NCBI RefSeq assembly: GCF_947501785.1
Contig: NZ_CANMXB010000001.1
Span: 1,319,048-1,383,047, forward strand
From: an uncultured Litoreibacter sp.
GTDB lineage: Bacteria > Pseudomonadota > Alphaproteobacteria > Rhodobacterales > Rhodobacteraceae
Length of the DNA: 64,000 bases
Direction: 5' to 3'
In this document: in pieces, positions 27,456 to 37,368 of the stretch
How the letters are laid out: every line of letters starts with the position of its first letter
Numbering within the stretch: position 1 is the stretch's first letter
Translations under genes and position numbers: made by a program
The notes under the pieces: model-generated
The model's database searches: none
Seen by the model: only the letters and a program-made list of their open reading frames with translations
What the model was told of the DNA's origin: nothing

Positions 27456-28562
27456 TTGGGCACATCTAAGACAGTTATTTCGATCGACGCCATGGGCGGG
27501 GATCGCGGACCGGCGGCAGTTGTCGCCGGTATTTCCAAATCTGCGGCCAAGAATCCCGACATCCGGTTCATCGTGCATGGGCCGCGGTCGGAACTGGCCC
27601 CCCTGATCTCCAAACGCAAACTGGACGCGCAATGCGAAATCCGCGACGCGGCGGAAGTGGTGTCGATGGACGCCAAACCCTCCTATGTGATGCGCCACGG
27701 CAAGAAGACCTCGATGTGGTCGGCCATTGAAAGCGTGCGCGACAAGGAGGCGGATGTCTGCATCTCCTGCGGCAATACCGGCGCGCTGATGGCGGTGTCG
27801 ATGATCCGGCTGCGCAAGGCCGAGGGTGTCAACCGCCCCGCCATTGCCTGCCTCTGGCCGTCGCGCAACGCGTCTGGCTTCAACATCATGCTGGATGTGG
27901 GCGCCGATATCCGCGCCGATCAGGACGACCTGCTGCAATACGCGCTGATGGGCATGAGTTACGCCCGCAACGGGTTTGGGCTGAAGCGCCCGCGCGTGGG
28001 GCTGCTGAATGTGGGCACCGAGGAACACAAAGGCCGCGCCGAGCTGAAAGTGGCCAACGATATCATCGCCGACGCCGCGCAAGCCAATGATTTCGACTAT
28101 GTGGGTTTTGTGGAGGGCGGCGACATCCCCAGCGACCGCGTCGACGTCATCGTCACTGACGGGTTCACCGGCAATGTGGCGCTAAAGACCGCCGAAGGCA
28201 CAGCTTCCCTGATCTCGGAACTGTTGCGCGCCGCGTTCAAATACACGCCGCTGTCGCGCATCGCCTCGCTGCTGGCCTACCCCTCGCTGAAACGCCTTTC
28301 GAAACGGATCGACCCGCGCCAGGTCAATGGCGGGGTGTTTCTGGGGCTGAACGGCAGCGTGGTCAAAAGCCACGGATCGGCGGACGCCACCGGCGTTTCG
28401 GCGGCGATCAAGCTGGGCTTCACGCTCGCTCAAACAGGATTCACCGAGAAGCTGGCCGCACGGGTTGCATCCAATGTCACCTCGGGCCAAGGTGACGAAC
28501 GCGACGCCGCTGAGACCAGCGGTGATGCTGGGGATCATAACGACCAAACGGATAGCAAATGA
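27456..28562 (+). CDS. plsX: phosphate acyltransferase PlsX
   Basis: 368 aa from a TTG. 'ISIDAMGGDRGP' and 'TDGFTGNVALKT' are canonical PlsX motifs. Its stop overlaps the fabH ATG (ATGA). Confidence 0.92.
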   Translation: MGTSKTVISIDAMGGDRGPAAVVAGISKSAAKNPDIRFIVHGPRSELAPLISKRKLDAQCEIRDAAEVVSMDAKPSYVMRHGKKTSMWSAIESVRDKEADVCISCGNTGALMAVSMIRLRKAEGVNRPAIACLWPSRNASGFNIMLDVGADIRADQDDLLQYALMGMSYARNGFGLKRPRVGLLNVGTEEHKGRAELKVANDIIADAAQANDFDYVGFVEGGDIPSDRVDVIVTDGFTGNVALKTAEGTASLISELLRAAFKYTPLSRIASLLAYPSLKRLSKRIDPRQVNGGVFLGLNGSVVKSHGSADATGVSAAIKLGFTLAQTGFTEKLAARVASNVTSGQGDERDAAETSGDAGDHNDQTDSK

Positions 28563-29515
28563 CACGCAAAGCCATCTTGCGCGGGGTTGGGCATTACCTG
28601 CCCGCAAGGGTCGTAGAGAACGCCGAAATGGAGAGCATGGTCGACACGACCGACGAGTGGATCAAGACCCGCTCCGGCATCGAACGCCGCCATTTTGCCG
28701 CCGAGGGGGAGCTGACCTCCGATCTGGCCATCCATGCCGCCAAGGCAGCCCTTGCCGATGCCGGGATAGGGGCAGAAGACATCGACGCGCTGGTCGTGGC
28801 CACCTCGACGCCTGACCAGACCTTCCCATCTGTGGCGACCGTGGTGCAGGGCGCGCTGGGCACCAATGGCTTTGCCTTCGACGTGCAGGCCGTCTGCGCG
28901 GGGTTCGTCTACGCCATGTCGACCGCCAATGCGTTCATCACCTCCGGGCAGGCCAACCGGGTGTTGGTCATCGGGGCCGAAACCTTTTCGCGCATCATGA
29001 ACTGGGAAGACCGCACCACCTGCGTGCTGTTCGGCGACGGCGCGGGCGCGGTCGTTCTGGAGGCGGGCGACGGTGACGCGGGCATTCTGGCCACAGATCT
29101 GAATTCCGACGGGCGGTTCCGCGACCTGCTTTACGTTGATGGCGGCGTGTCCTCCACTCAGACCACCGGCGTGCTGGTGATGCAGGGCAAGGAGGTGTTC
29201 CGCCACGCGGTCGAAAAGCTGGCACAGACGGCGGAAACGGCGCTGGAAAAGGCCGGTTTGACCCCTGACGACGTCGACTGGATTGTGCCGCATCAGGCCA
29301 ATTCGCGCATCATCACCCGCACCGCGCAGAAGATGGGCGTGTCGATGGACCGGGTCGTCATGACCGTGCAGGACCACGGCAACACCTCGGCCGCATCGAT
29401 TCCATTGGCGCTGTCCGTGGCCAAGTCAGAGGGCAAATTTGCCCCCGGCCAGGTGCTGGTGATGGAGGCAATCGGCGGCGGTTTGGCCTGGGGCGCCGTG
29501 GTTTTGCGCCTGTAA
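28559..29515 (+). CDS. fabH: beta-ketoacyl-ACP synthase III
   Basis: 318 aa. Active-site 'AVCAGFVYAM', 'VPHQANSRI' and 'GNTSAASIPLAL' are present. Confidence 0.93.
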   Translation: MTRKAILRGVGHYLPARVVENAEMESMVDTTDEWIKTRSGIERRHFAAEGELTSDLAIHAAKAALADAGIGAEDIDALVVATSTPDQTFPSVATVVQGALGTNGFAFDVQAVCAGFVYAMSTANAFITSGQANRVLVIGAETFSRIMNWEDRTTCVLFGDGAGAVVLEAGDGDAGILATDLNSDGRFRDLLYVDGGVSSTQTTGVLVMQGKEVFRHAVEKLAQTAETALEKAGLTPDDVDWIVPHQANSRIITRTAQKMGVSMDRVVMTVQDHGNTSAASIPLALSVAKSEGKFAPGQVLVMEAIGGGLAWGAVVLRL

Positions 29516-29625
29516 GCGTCGTTTTTGCGCTTAAACGGTGTGTTGCAAGCCCTTGATATTGACTCTGAATTTGCGCGTCCCCTATCGTGGCTGAAAAATA
29601 AGTGAATTCAACGTCGGGGGACATA

Positions 29626-29928
29626 ATGAGTGCAAAGACACTAACACGGATGGATCTAAGCGAGGCGGTGTTTCGCGAAGTAGGCCTGTCCCGCAATGAA
29701 TCGGCTGATCTGGTCGAAAGCGTTTTGCAACACATGTCCGACGCCCTTGTGCGCGGGGAGCAGGTGAAAATCTCCTCTTTCGGCACGTTCAGCGTCCGCG
29801 AAAAGTCGGCCCGCGTGGGCCGCAACCCCAAAACAGGCGAAGAGGTGCCAATCCACCCGCGCCGCGTTTTGACCTTCCGCCCGTCCCACCTGATGAAAGA
29901 CCGCGTCGCAGACGGCAACAAGTCCTGA
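29626..29928 (+). CDS. ihfA: integration host factor subunit alpha
   Basis: Trimmed to the ATG at 29626, giving 100 aa. '[10 protein letters not shown]', 'VKISSFGTF' and '[12 protein letters not shown]' are present. Confidence 0.92.
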   Translation: MSAKTLTRMDLSEAVFREVGLSRNESADLVESVLQHMSDALVRGEQVKISSFGTFSVREKSARVGRNPKTGEEVPIHPRRVLTFRPSHLMKDRVADGNKS

Positions 29929-29953
29929 TCGCGACACCAGCGGGGGAGCAGTA

Positions 29954-30919
<966 letters not shown>

Positions 30920-31013
30920 GCGCGGCGATTGAACCGGCATCCAACCGAATGACGCCTAAATCCAAAACCGGCCCTTGCGCGCCCGCGCAAAACTCGTATG
31001 AAGGGCCATTCGT

Positions 31014-31090
31014 CGGGCTATGGCGCAGCCTGGTAGCGCGTCCGTCTGGGGGACGGAAGGTCGCAGGTTCGAGTCCTGCTAGCCCGACCA
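31014..31090 (+). tRNA. tRNA-Pro (anticodon GGG)
   Basis: Hand-folded cloverleaf. Acceptor stem CGGGCTA/TAGCCCG with discriminator A and encoded CCA. D stem GCGC/GCGC. Anticodon stem TCCGT/ACGGA with loop CTGGGGG (anticodon GGG, G37). T stem GCAGG/CCTGC with loop TTCGAGT. Confidence 0.9.
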
Positions 31091-31148
31091 ATCACCAAAC
31101 GCTCGTCCCCTTGGGGTGCGGGCGTTTCGTGTATCAGGGGTGTGAAAC

Positions 31149-32237
31149 GTGACAACGCAGATGGCAAACGGGGTCCTGTCGGACCGGCAAATGACCGCGA
31201 TGATCGCGTCGGGCCAGATCACGTCTGAGACGACAATCACCGACGGCCAGATCCAGCCCGCGTCCCTTGACCTGCGCTTGGGATCAACCGCCTACCGTGT
31301 CCGCGCCTCGTTTCTGGCCGGCAAAGGGAATACTGTTGCGGACCGCCTGAAACTGTTCGAGATGCACAAGATCGACCTGACCCAAGGCGCGGTGCTGGAA
31401 AAGGGCTGCGTCTATGTGGTCCCTCTGCAAGAAGGCCTCGCCCTGCCCAAGGGCATGACGGGTGCGGCCTCGGCCAAATCCTCCATCGGGCGGCTGGACC
31501 TGTTGACCCGGGTCATCACTGACAATGGCGTGGAATTCGACCGTGTGCCCGATGGCTACCAAGGCCCGCTCTATGTGGAAATTTGCCCCCGCTCCTTCTC
31601 CGTCGTGGCGAGGCAGGGGCAGATGCTGAACCAGATCATCTTCCGCGTCGGCAAAACCATCATCACCGACGACGCGCTGAAAGCGCTGCACGCCGAGACC
31701 CCGATTGTCTCCGGTGACGCGGTCATCTCAGACGGGCTGGGCTTTTCGGTCGATCTGAAGCCTGAACAAGGCGACCTCGTAGGCTACCGCGCCAAGCCGC
31801 ATACTGGCGTTATCGATCTCGACAATCTGGCCCATTACAACCCGGCGGAGTATTGGGAAGAAATCCGCACCACCGATGGCCGCATCATCCTCGATCCCGG
31901 CGCGTTCTATATCCTCGTCAGCCGTGAGGCGATCACCATCCCGCCCAATTGCGCCGCCGAAATGGCGCCCTACCTCGCCATGGTCGGCGAATTCCGGGTG
32001 CATTACGCAGGGTTCTTCGACCCCGGTTTTGGCCATTCCACGGAAGGCACCGGCTCACGCGGGGTGCTGGAAGTGCGCTGCCACGAGGCCCCTTTCGTGC
32101 TGGAACACGGCCAGGTGGTTGGCCGGCTCGTCTATGAACACATGTCCGAGGTCCCGGCCCAGCTTTACGGCATCGACATCAAGTCAAACTACCAGGGTCA
32201 GGGCTTGAAACTCTCCAAGCATTTCAAAGCGCCCTGA
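31149..32237 (+). CDS. dcd: 2'-deoxycytidine 5'-triphosphate deaminase (long, two-domain form)
   Basis: 362 aa from a GTG (an ATG alternative lies at 31161). 'IQPASLDLRLG' and 'SSIGRLDLLTRV' are dCTP deaminase/dUTPase-fold motifs. The length fits the alphaproteobacterial long form. Confidence 0.8.
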   Translation: MTTQMANGVLSDRQMTAMIASGQITSETTITDGQIQPASLDLRLGSTAYRVRASFLAGKGNTVADRLKLFEMHKIDLTQGAVLEKGCVYVVPLQEGLALPKGMTGAASAKSSIGRLDLLTRVITDNGVEFDRVPDGYQGPLYVEICPRSFSVVARQGQMLNQIIFRVGKTIITDDALKALHAETPIVSGDAVISDGLGFSVDLKPEQGDLVGYRAKPHTGVIDLDNLAHYNPAEYWEEIRTTDGRIILDPGAFYILVSREAITIPPNCAAEMAPYLAMVGEFRVHYAGFFDPGFGHSTEGTGSRGVLEVRCHEAPFVLEHGQVVGRLVYEHMSEVPAQLYGIDIKSNYQGQGLKLSKHFKAP

Positions 32238-32313
32238 CCCATCATTGTTTCAAAAATACCTCGGGGGTGTGGGGGCAGAGCCCCCACGGATCGGCGCGCG
32301 AAGCGCGGCGAAA
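32238..32313. repeat. dispersed intergenic repeat, full-length copy (tail type 1 plus GGGGGC..GCCCCC hairpin plus CGCGC-GAA-GCGCG hairpin)
   Basis: It fills the entire gap between the dcd stop and the stop of the convergent DMT gene. The tail CATCATTGTTTCAAAAATACC recurs at 40248 and 54029. The right part is near-identical to 60281..60331 and, in reverse orientation, to 43917..43975. Confidence 0.85.
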
Positions 32314-33174
32314 CTAGGTTTTGGCCAAACGCTCCCGGTGGATCACGTAAAGCCCCGTCGCCATGATCACCGCCGCCCCGGCCCAGGTCCACATATCTGG
32401 CAGCTGGCCAAAGACGAAATACCCGTAACCCGTCCCCCAAATGATCAGCGAATAATGCACCGGGGCCAGCACCACGGCTTGCGCCAGCTCCAGCGACTTG
32501 ATCACCAATGTCTCGCCGCAGGCTGCAAGCGCGGCCAGCCCCAGCAGCAGGGGCAGCTCGGTGCTCAAATCCGGCATTTGCCACACGAAGGGCAGCGGCA
32601 CGGTCAGGATCAGGCTCGAAGTGATCGCCGTATAGGCCACGGTGGTCAGGGTGCTGTCTGCGCCGCTCAGCACCCGGCTGAGGATCTGGCGCAGCGCAAA
32701 GAATGTGGCGGCCACCACCACCAGCAACATCGCGGGATGCACCACGCCCAACCCGGGGCGGATCACCATCAACATGCCAAGAAACCCCACGCCGACCGCC
32801 ATCCAGCGGCGGCGGCCGACCCGCTCTTTCAACACAAGCGCGCCCAGCACGGTGACCACGAACGGGGCCACAAAGCTGACCGCCACGGCATCGGCTAGCG
32901 GCACATAGGCAATCGCAAAGATGAAGAACGTGCCGGACCCGACGGCCAACACCCCGCGCGCGATCTGCAGCTTGGGATTGGCGGAACGCAATATGCCCCG
33001 CCCCTTGATCGCCAACAGGACCAACACCCCCACCAAGAGCCCCAATTGCCGGGACCAGACGATCTGGACCGGGTGCAGGTCGCTGGTCAGCAGTTTGGCC
33101 AACGTGTCAGCGCCTGAGAACAGGAACATGCCAAACGCCATGCAGGCGATGCCTTTCAGGCTTTCGCTGCGCAA
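32314..33174 (-). CDS. DMT family transporter (EamA-like)
   Basis: 286 aa with about 10 TM helices and two EamA-like halves. TTG start. Confidence 0.8.
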   Translation of the reverse strand: MRSESLKGIACMAFGMFLFSGADTLAKLLTSDLHPVQIVWSRQLGLLVGVLVLLAIKGRGILRSANPKLQIARGVLAVGSGTFFIFAIAYVPLADAVAVSFVAPFVVTVLGALVLKERVGRRRWMAVGVGFLGMLMVIRPGLGVVHPAMLLVVVAATFFALRQILSRVLSGADSTLTTVAYTAITSSLILTVPLPFVWQMPDLSTELPLLLGLAALAACGETLVIKSLELAQAVVLAPVHYSLIIWGTGYGYFVFGQLPDMWTWAGAAVIMATGLYVIHRERLAKT

Positions 33175-33228
33175 AGGGGCGGAGGCTGACGTCAGCGGAG
33201 AGATTGGCGGAAGCGCGATTGCCCTGCC

Positions 33229-33633
33229 CTACCCCTGCACTACGAAAGAGCCGCGCTCGCCCAGGATGTATCGCGCGACATCGACGTAATCGAAGGCCAG
33301 CGAAATCACGATGATGCCCAGAATGACCCACATAATCCGGCGCGGCCAGATGGGCATGTCGATACGCCCGATCTGCCTCCAGAGGTAAATCGCCAGCGGG
33401 GTCCAGAGGATCAGATGTGGCAGGCCCAGCAATTTGACATAGCCCATCTGCCCGAACATCCAGACCACGCTGACCCCGGCCAAAAGCGACGCGATCAGTG
33501 TCCAGACGGCCACCATGCGGGACGGTTTCCAGAAAAGCAGCGCCACTGGCAGGACGAAGGCCCCGAGAAACAGCACATTGAGCCAAATCCCGACCCATGC
33601 GGGCTGAAGGGCAATGGCCTCTTCAAAACTCAT
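33229..33633 (-). CDS. hypothetical membrane protein
   Basis: Trimmed to the ATG at 33633, which overlaps the stop of the upstream small gene (ATGA). 134 aa with 4 TM helices. Confidence 0.6.
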   Translation of the reverse strand: MSFEEAIALQPAWVGIWLNVLFLGAFVLPVALLFWKPSRMVAVWTLIASLLAGVSVVWMFGQMGYVKLLGLPHLILWTPLAIYLWRQIGRIDMPIWPRRIMWVILGIIVISLAFDYVDVARYILGERGSFVVQG

Positions 33634-33836
33634 CTGCCACCCCGGCGCGCCATGCGCATCGCTTGCTTGGCGCGTTTGCTTTGCTCCGCAGCGATCCGTT
33701 GCTGCTCCGGCGTCATCTCTTGCGCATGGGCGGTTTTGGCCTGCCGCTTCGACATCATGCCAATGCCCTTCTTGATCCCCAAGCGCATCAGCTGACGCAA
33801 CAGGATACGGACGGCCATGTTGATAATCTGGTTCAT
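33630..33836 (-). CDS. small basic hypothetical protein
   Basis: 68 aa, rich in Lys/Arg/Gln, with good G/C third-position bias. Its start lies 30 nt after the stop of the macro-like gene. Its stop overlaps the next start. Confidence 0.5.
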   Translation of the reverse strand: MNQIINMAVRILLRQLMRLGIKKGIGMMSKRQAKTAHAQEMTPEQQRIAAEQSKRAKQAMRMARRGGR

Positions 33837-33866
33837 GACGCTGGCATAGCACGGGAACGGAACCGC

Positions 33867-34835
33867 TCAAAGCGCGCGTTGGATCATCGCGTCCAACGCG
33901 CTGTCGGGCGCGCCGTAGCTGACGACGCGCACGTCCAGCCCAGAGCGCGAGAAGCAGCGCAGCGCTGCCTCAATGGCATCCGTGATCCACTCTTTGGGAT
34001 TGCCGAAGGCCCCGCCGCCGAGCAGCGTCAGGAACACGCGGTCATTGCCGGTGGCCTCTGCGTTCAGAATGGCGGCGTGAAGTGTCGCCTCGTAGGCGGC
34101 GTTCAGCACCATGCAGCCCAGAGGCTTCCACAGGGTTGGCGACAGGCCGGAATAACTGACAGGCACGGCGCTGCAATAGGCTTGGGTCACCCTTATGTCA
34201 GTGCCGGTGACGCTGGTGTCGCCTTGCAATCCGATGCGCAGCAGCCCGTCCATGTCGGGCATTAACTTGGTATTCACTTCATGCAACGCAGCCTCGCTAT
34301 GGGGCAGAAGGTAGCCGTTCTCCATCCGCCAATAGCTGCCCACATCGCCCAAAGCCGCCTCCAAGTCCGATGCCATGTCGAGCTGACGATAGATCAGCTG
34401 GCCGCGATGCGGGCCGAACGGCAAGAAGTAGTTGCGAAACAGCGTTCCGGCCCCGCAGGCTATGGCGCAAACCGGGCCCTGGGTGTGGTCATGGGCGTAG
34501 CCGGTGATGCCGTCCTCAGGCGTCGCCTCTGGGCTGATCATCTCCAACAGGTTGAACTGGGAGGCCACCTGAAACAGCGCCCCCGCATGCGCCGCGTCGC
34601 GGTGCAGCGCGGCGGCGTCGGCCACGATTTGCGACGCTCCTATGGGTTTCCCCCGATCCAGCAGCCCCGCCGTGCGGGCGCGCAGGTCTGACAGGCTGGG
34701 GGTGGTGAGTGTCCCGAAATGCAGGCGCCGCCCGTCATGGCGGCTGACCAGTTCCGGCCCATCGACATCAAACACGTCCCAGACCTCGGCATGCCCGTCA
34801 GAGGACAGCCCTGTGAGGTCGCGAAACCAGCTCAA
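33867..34835 (-). CDS. conserved hypothetical protein, possibly a PARG/DUF2263-like macrodomain
   Basis: 322 aa. The TTG start overlaps the scpB TGA (TTGA). 'ALFQVASQFNLLE', 'HDHTQGPVCAIACG' and the C-terminal glycine-rich 'FLTLLGGGAFGNPKEW' recall the microbial PARG/macrodomain layout. The functional call is weak. Confidence 0.7.
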   Translation of the reverse strand: MSWFRDLTGLSSDGHAEVWDVFDVDGPELVSRHDGRRLHFGTLTTPSLSDLRARTAGLLDRGKPIGASQIVADAAALHRDAAHAGALFQVASQFNLLEMISPEATPEDGITGYAHDHTQGPVCAIACGAGTLFRNYFLPFGPHRGQLIYRQLDMASDLEAALGDVGSYWRMENGYLLPHSEAALHEVNTKLMPDMDGLLRIGLQGDTSVTGTDIRVTQAYCSAVPVSYSGLSPTLWKPLGCMVLNAAYEATLHAAILNAEATGNDRVFLTLLGGGAFGNPKEWITDAIEAALRCFSRSGLDVRVVSYGAPDSALDAMIQRAL

Positions 34836-35506
34836 TCCTCGAACAGCTCGTTCTGACCCTCGGGGCTTTCATCCTCGTCCTCGTCATCATCGGGCAAGGC
34901 ATCCGCGCCGGGCGGCGGGCGGTTGTCCAGAAGGCCCGCAGCGCGCAATTCCTTGAGGCCCGGCAGGTCGCGGGCGTTTTCCAGCCCGAAATGGTCGAGG
35001 AAATGCTGGGTGACCACGTAAGTGACGGGCCGGCCCGGGGTCATGCGACGCCGGCCAAAACGGATCCATTCCATCTCGATCAGCTGATCGACGGTGCCGC
35101 GCGACACGGACACGCCGCGAATTTCTTCGATCTCAGCGCGGGTGACAGGCTGATGATAGGCGCAAATGGCCAGCGTCTCGATCGCCGCGCGGGACAGTTT
35201 GCGGGTCTCAACTGTCTCTTTTTGCATGAGAAATCCAAGATCGCCCGCCGTGCGCATCGCCCATGCGTCATCGACCTTGACCAGATTGACGCCGCGCCCA
35301 TCATAGCGTTTGCGCAGATGCACCAACGCCTCCGCCGGGTCCGACCCATGCGGCATGCGCGCGGTCAGTTCGCGCACCGAGATCGGTTCTGCCGAGGCAA
35401 AGAGGATGGCCTCAACCATGCGCTCCTGCTCGCCCATGGGCGGGGCCTCGAACAGGCTGTCATTTTCGGGGCCCTCGGCCTCTTTGGTCTCAGTTTCTTC
35501 GGTCAT
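34832..35506 (-). CDS. scpB: SMC-Scp complex subunit ScpB
   Basis: 224 aa. 'VEAILFASAEPISVREL', 'LSRAAIETLAICAYHQPVTRAEIEEIRGV' and 'GRPVTYVVT' are canonical. Confidence 0.9.
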   Translation of the reverse strand: MTEETETKEAEGPENDSLFEAPPMGEQERMVEAILFASAEPISVRELTARMPHGSDPAEALVHLRKRYDGRGVNLVKVDDAWAMRTAGDLGFLMQKETVETRKLSRAAIETLAICAYHQPVTRAEIEEIRGVSVSRGTVDQLIEMEWIRFGRRRMTPGRPVTYVVTQHFLDHFGLENARDLPGLKELRAAGLLDNRPPPGADALPDDDEDEDESPEGQNELFED

Positions 35507-36308
35507 TTTCGTCTCGTTTGCGGATTTGGATGGGGGCGAACACGTCGCCCTGCCTCAATTCGATCTGACCTGCCTTGGCCAGTTCCAGCGAGGCCGCAAA
35601 AGTGGCTGCCGTGGCGGAGCGGCGTTTGACGGGGTCGGTTTCCCACCCCTCGGGCAGCCAGCTTGTCAGGTCCGACCATTCGCCCGCGAAGCCGATCAGG
35701 CCGCGCATACGGTCCAGCGCCTGCTCCATCGTGAAGACCTTTTCGCGGTCCATCACAAAGGGGCGAAACTCGTCCTTGGTTTTGATCCGCGCATAGGCCT
35801 GCATCAAATCCAGCAGCGTGGCGGTGTAGGTCACCTTGCGGATGCGGGTCACATCCTCGGGGATACCACGGGCAAAGAAATCGCGGCCCAGCTGGTCGCG
35901 GGCCATCAATTTGGCCGACGCCTCACGCATTGCGGCCAGCCGTTCCAACTGGAACGCCAGATGCGCGGCCAGTTCTTCGCCTGAGGGACCTTCTTCGGTG
36001 GGGTCCGGCGGCAAAAGCAGGCGGGATTTGAGGAAGGCGAGCCATGCGGCCATCACCAGATAGTCGGCGGCCAATTCCAGCCGCAGCTCTTTCGCCTTTT
36101 CGATGAATAGCAGGTATTGCTCTGCCAGTTGCAGGACGGAGACCTTCCGCAGGTCGACCTTTTGGGTGCGCGACAGGGTCAGCAGCAGGTCCAGCGGGCC
36201 TTCGAAACCGTCCACATCGACGATCAGTGCCTCGGCGGCCAGACGCGCCTCGACCCCCTCGGTTTCCCACGAGGTGTCTACCGTTTCACTGCCCGGAGCA
36301 TCCGACAT
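35490..36308 (-). CDS. scpA: segregation and condensation protein A (kleisin)
   Basis: 272 aa. 'FEGPLDLLLTLSRTQKVDLRKVSVLQLAEQYL' is the typical ScpA N-terminus. It overlaps scpB by 17 nt. Confidence 0.9.
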   Translation of the reverse strand: MSDAPGSETVDTSWETEGVEARLAAEALIVDVDGFEGPLDLLLTLSRTQKVDLRKVSVLQLAEQYLLFIEKAKELRLELAADYLVMAAWLAFLKSRLLLPPDPTEEGPSGEELAAHLAFQLERLAAMREASAKLMARDQLGRDFFARGIPEDVTRIRKVTYTATLLDLMQAYARIKTKDEFRPFVMDREKVFTMEQALDRMRGLIGFAGEWSDLTSWLPEGWETDPVKRRSATAATFAASLELAKAGQIELRQGDVFAPIQIRKRDENDRRN

Positions 36309-36324
36309 TTTTACAGGCTACGCC

Positions 36325-37317
36325 CTACCCAGAAATAAGGCGCTCAAGTTCGCGGGTGGCGGCTGAAATGTCAATCTCTGTTGGGGTTTTGCGCTGCGCA
36401 AGCGCCGCATCCGCGCGGGCCTGCGCCTTGGGTGGCATGGGTCCGCACATTTCGGCCACGGCGACCATATCCGCCATCTCGCCATTGCAATGCAGCACCA
36501 GATCACAGCCTGCGTCGAGCGAGGCTTTTGATCGGTCCGCAATCGTGCCCGACAGCGCCTCCATCGAGATGTCGTCGGTCATGATCAACCCGTCAAAGCC
36601 GATATCTTTGCGGATCATTTCCATCGCCTTTGCGCTGGTGGTGGCGGGCTTGTCGTCGATCACCGGAAACACAATATGCGCGGTCATGCCCATCTTGATG
36701 TCGTTGAGCTGCTTGAACGGCGCGAAATCCAATTTCTCCAGTTCGTCGCGGGACACATCGACGGTGGGCAGGTCCTTGTGCCCGTCCACCACTGCGCGGC
36801 CATATCCGGGGATATGTTTGAGCACCGGCAGCACCCCGCCATCGAGGAAACCCCTGACCGTTTCGCGGCACATGGCCACCACCGTGTCCACGTCGTCGCC
36901 GTAGCAACGGTTGCGCAACACGGGGTGGCTTTCCGGCCAGATCACATCGGCCAAGGGCGCGCAGTTCACGTCGATGCCGACTTCGTGCAACTCCTCGGCA
37001 ATCAGCCGGTTGCGCAGATACATGGCGCGCGCGGCGTTGTCGCCTGCCGCCTGCATCTGGTCCAAGGCCGGAAGATACTCCCGCCACTCAGGGGCGCGCA
37101 TGCGCTGCACCCTGCCGCCTTCCTGATCAATCAGGATCGGCGCATCCCAGCCAACAGAGGCCCGCAGATCATCTGTGAGCCGCTTCAGCTGCGTTCGATC
37201 AGCGATATTTCGGGCAAATAGAATGAATCCCCACGGGTTTGCGCTTGCAAAAAACCGAGATTCCTGGGGGCTGAGCACCTCGCTTTCACAGCCGAAAATG
37301 ACGGAATTACAAGGCAT
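36325..37317 (-). CDS. nagZ: beta-N-acetylhexosaminidase (GH3)
   Basis: Trimmed to the ATG at 37317, giving 330 aa. 'ILIDQEGGRVQR', 'GIDVNCAPLADV' and 'KHIPGYGR' are NagZ/GH3 motifs. Confidence 0.88.
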   Translation of the reverse strand: MPCNSVIFGCESEVLSPQESRFFASANPWGFILFARNIADRTQLKRLTDDLRASVGWDAPILIDQEGGRVQRMRAPEWREYLPALDQMQAAGDNAARAMYLRNRLIAEELHEVGIDVNCAPLADVIWPESHPVLRNRCYGDDVDTVVAMCRETVRGFLDGGVLPVLKHIPGYGRAVVDGHKDLPTVDVSRDELEKLDFAPFKQLNDIKMGMTAHIVFPVIDDKPATTSAKAMEMIRKDIGFDGLIMTDDISMEALSGTIADRSKASLDAGCDLVLHCNGEMADMVAVAEMCGPMPPKAQARADAALAQRKTPTEIDISAATRELERLISG

Positions 37318-37368
37318 TACAAATTTCCTCTGGCCATGTCGGGCCAAGCGGCTTGTGATTGTGCAACT

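Noticed and set aside
26907-28082. 5' two-thirds of the 576-aa minus-strand ORF 26352..28082
   Set aside because: Only the last 184 codons look like an ECF sigma factor. The upstream part is antisense to rpmF and plsX and is Arg/Gly/Ala-rich. A GTG at 26906 gives a normal-length sigma factor.
30920-31160. tRNA-Pro as a possible integration hotspot for a genomic island
   Set aside because: No integrase is present, there is no duplicated 3' tRNA segment downstream, and the next gene (dcd) has native composition. The low-GC patches in the window are not adjacent to the tRNA.
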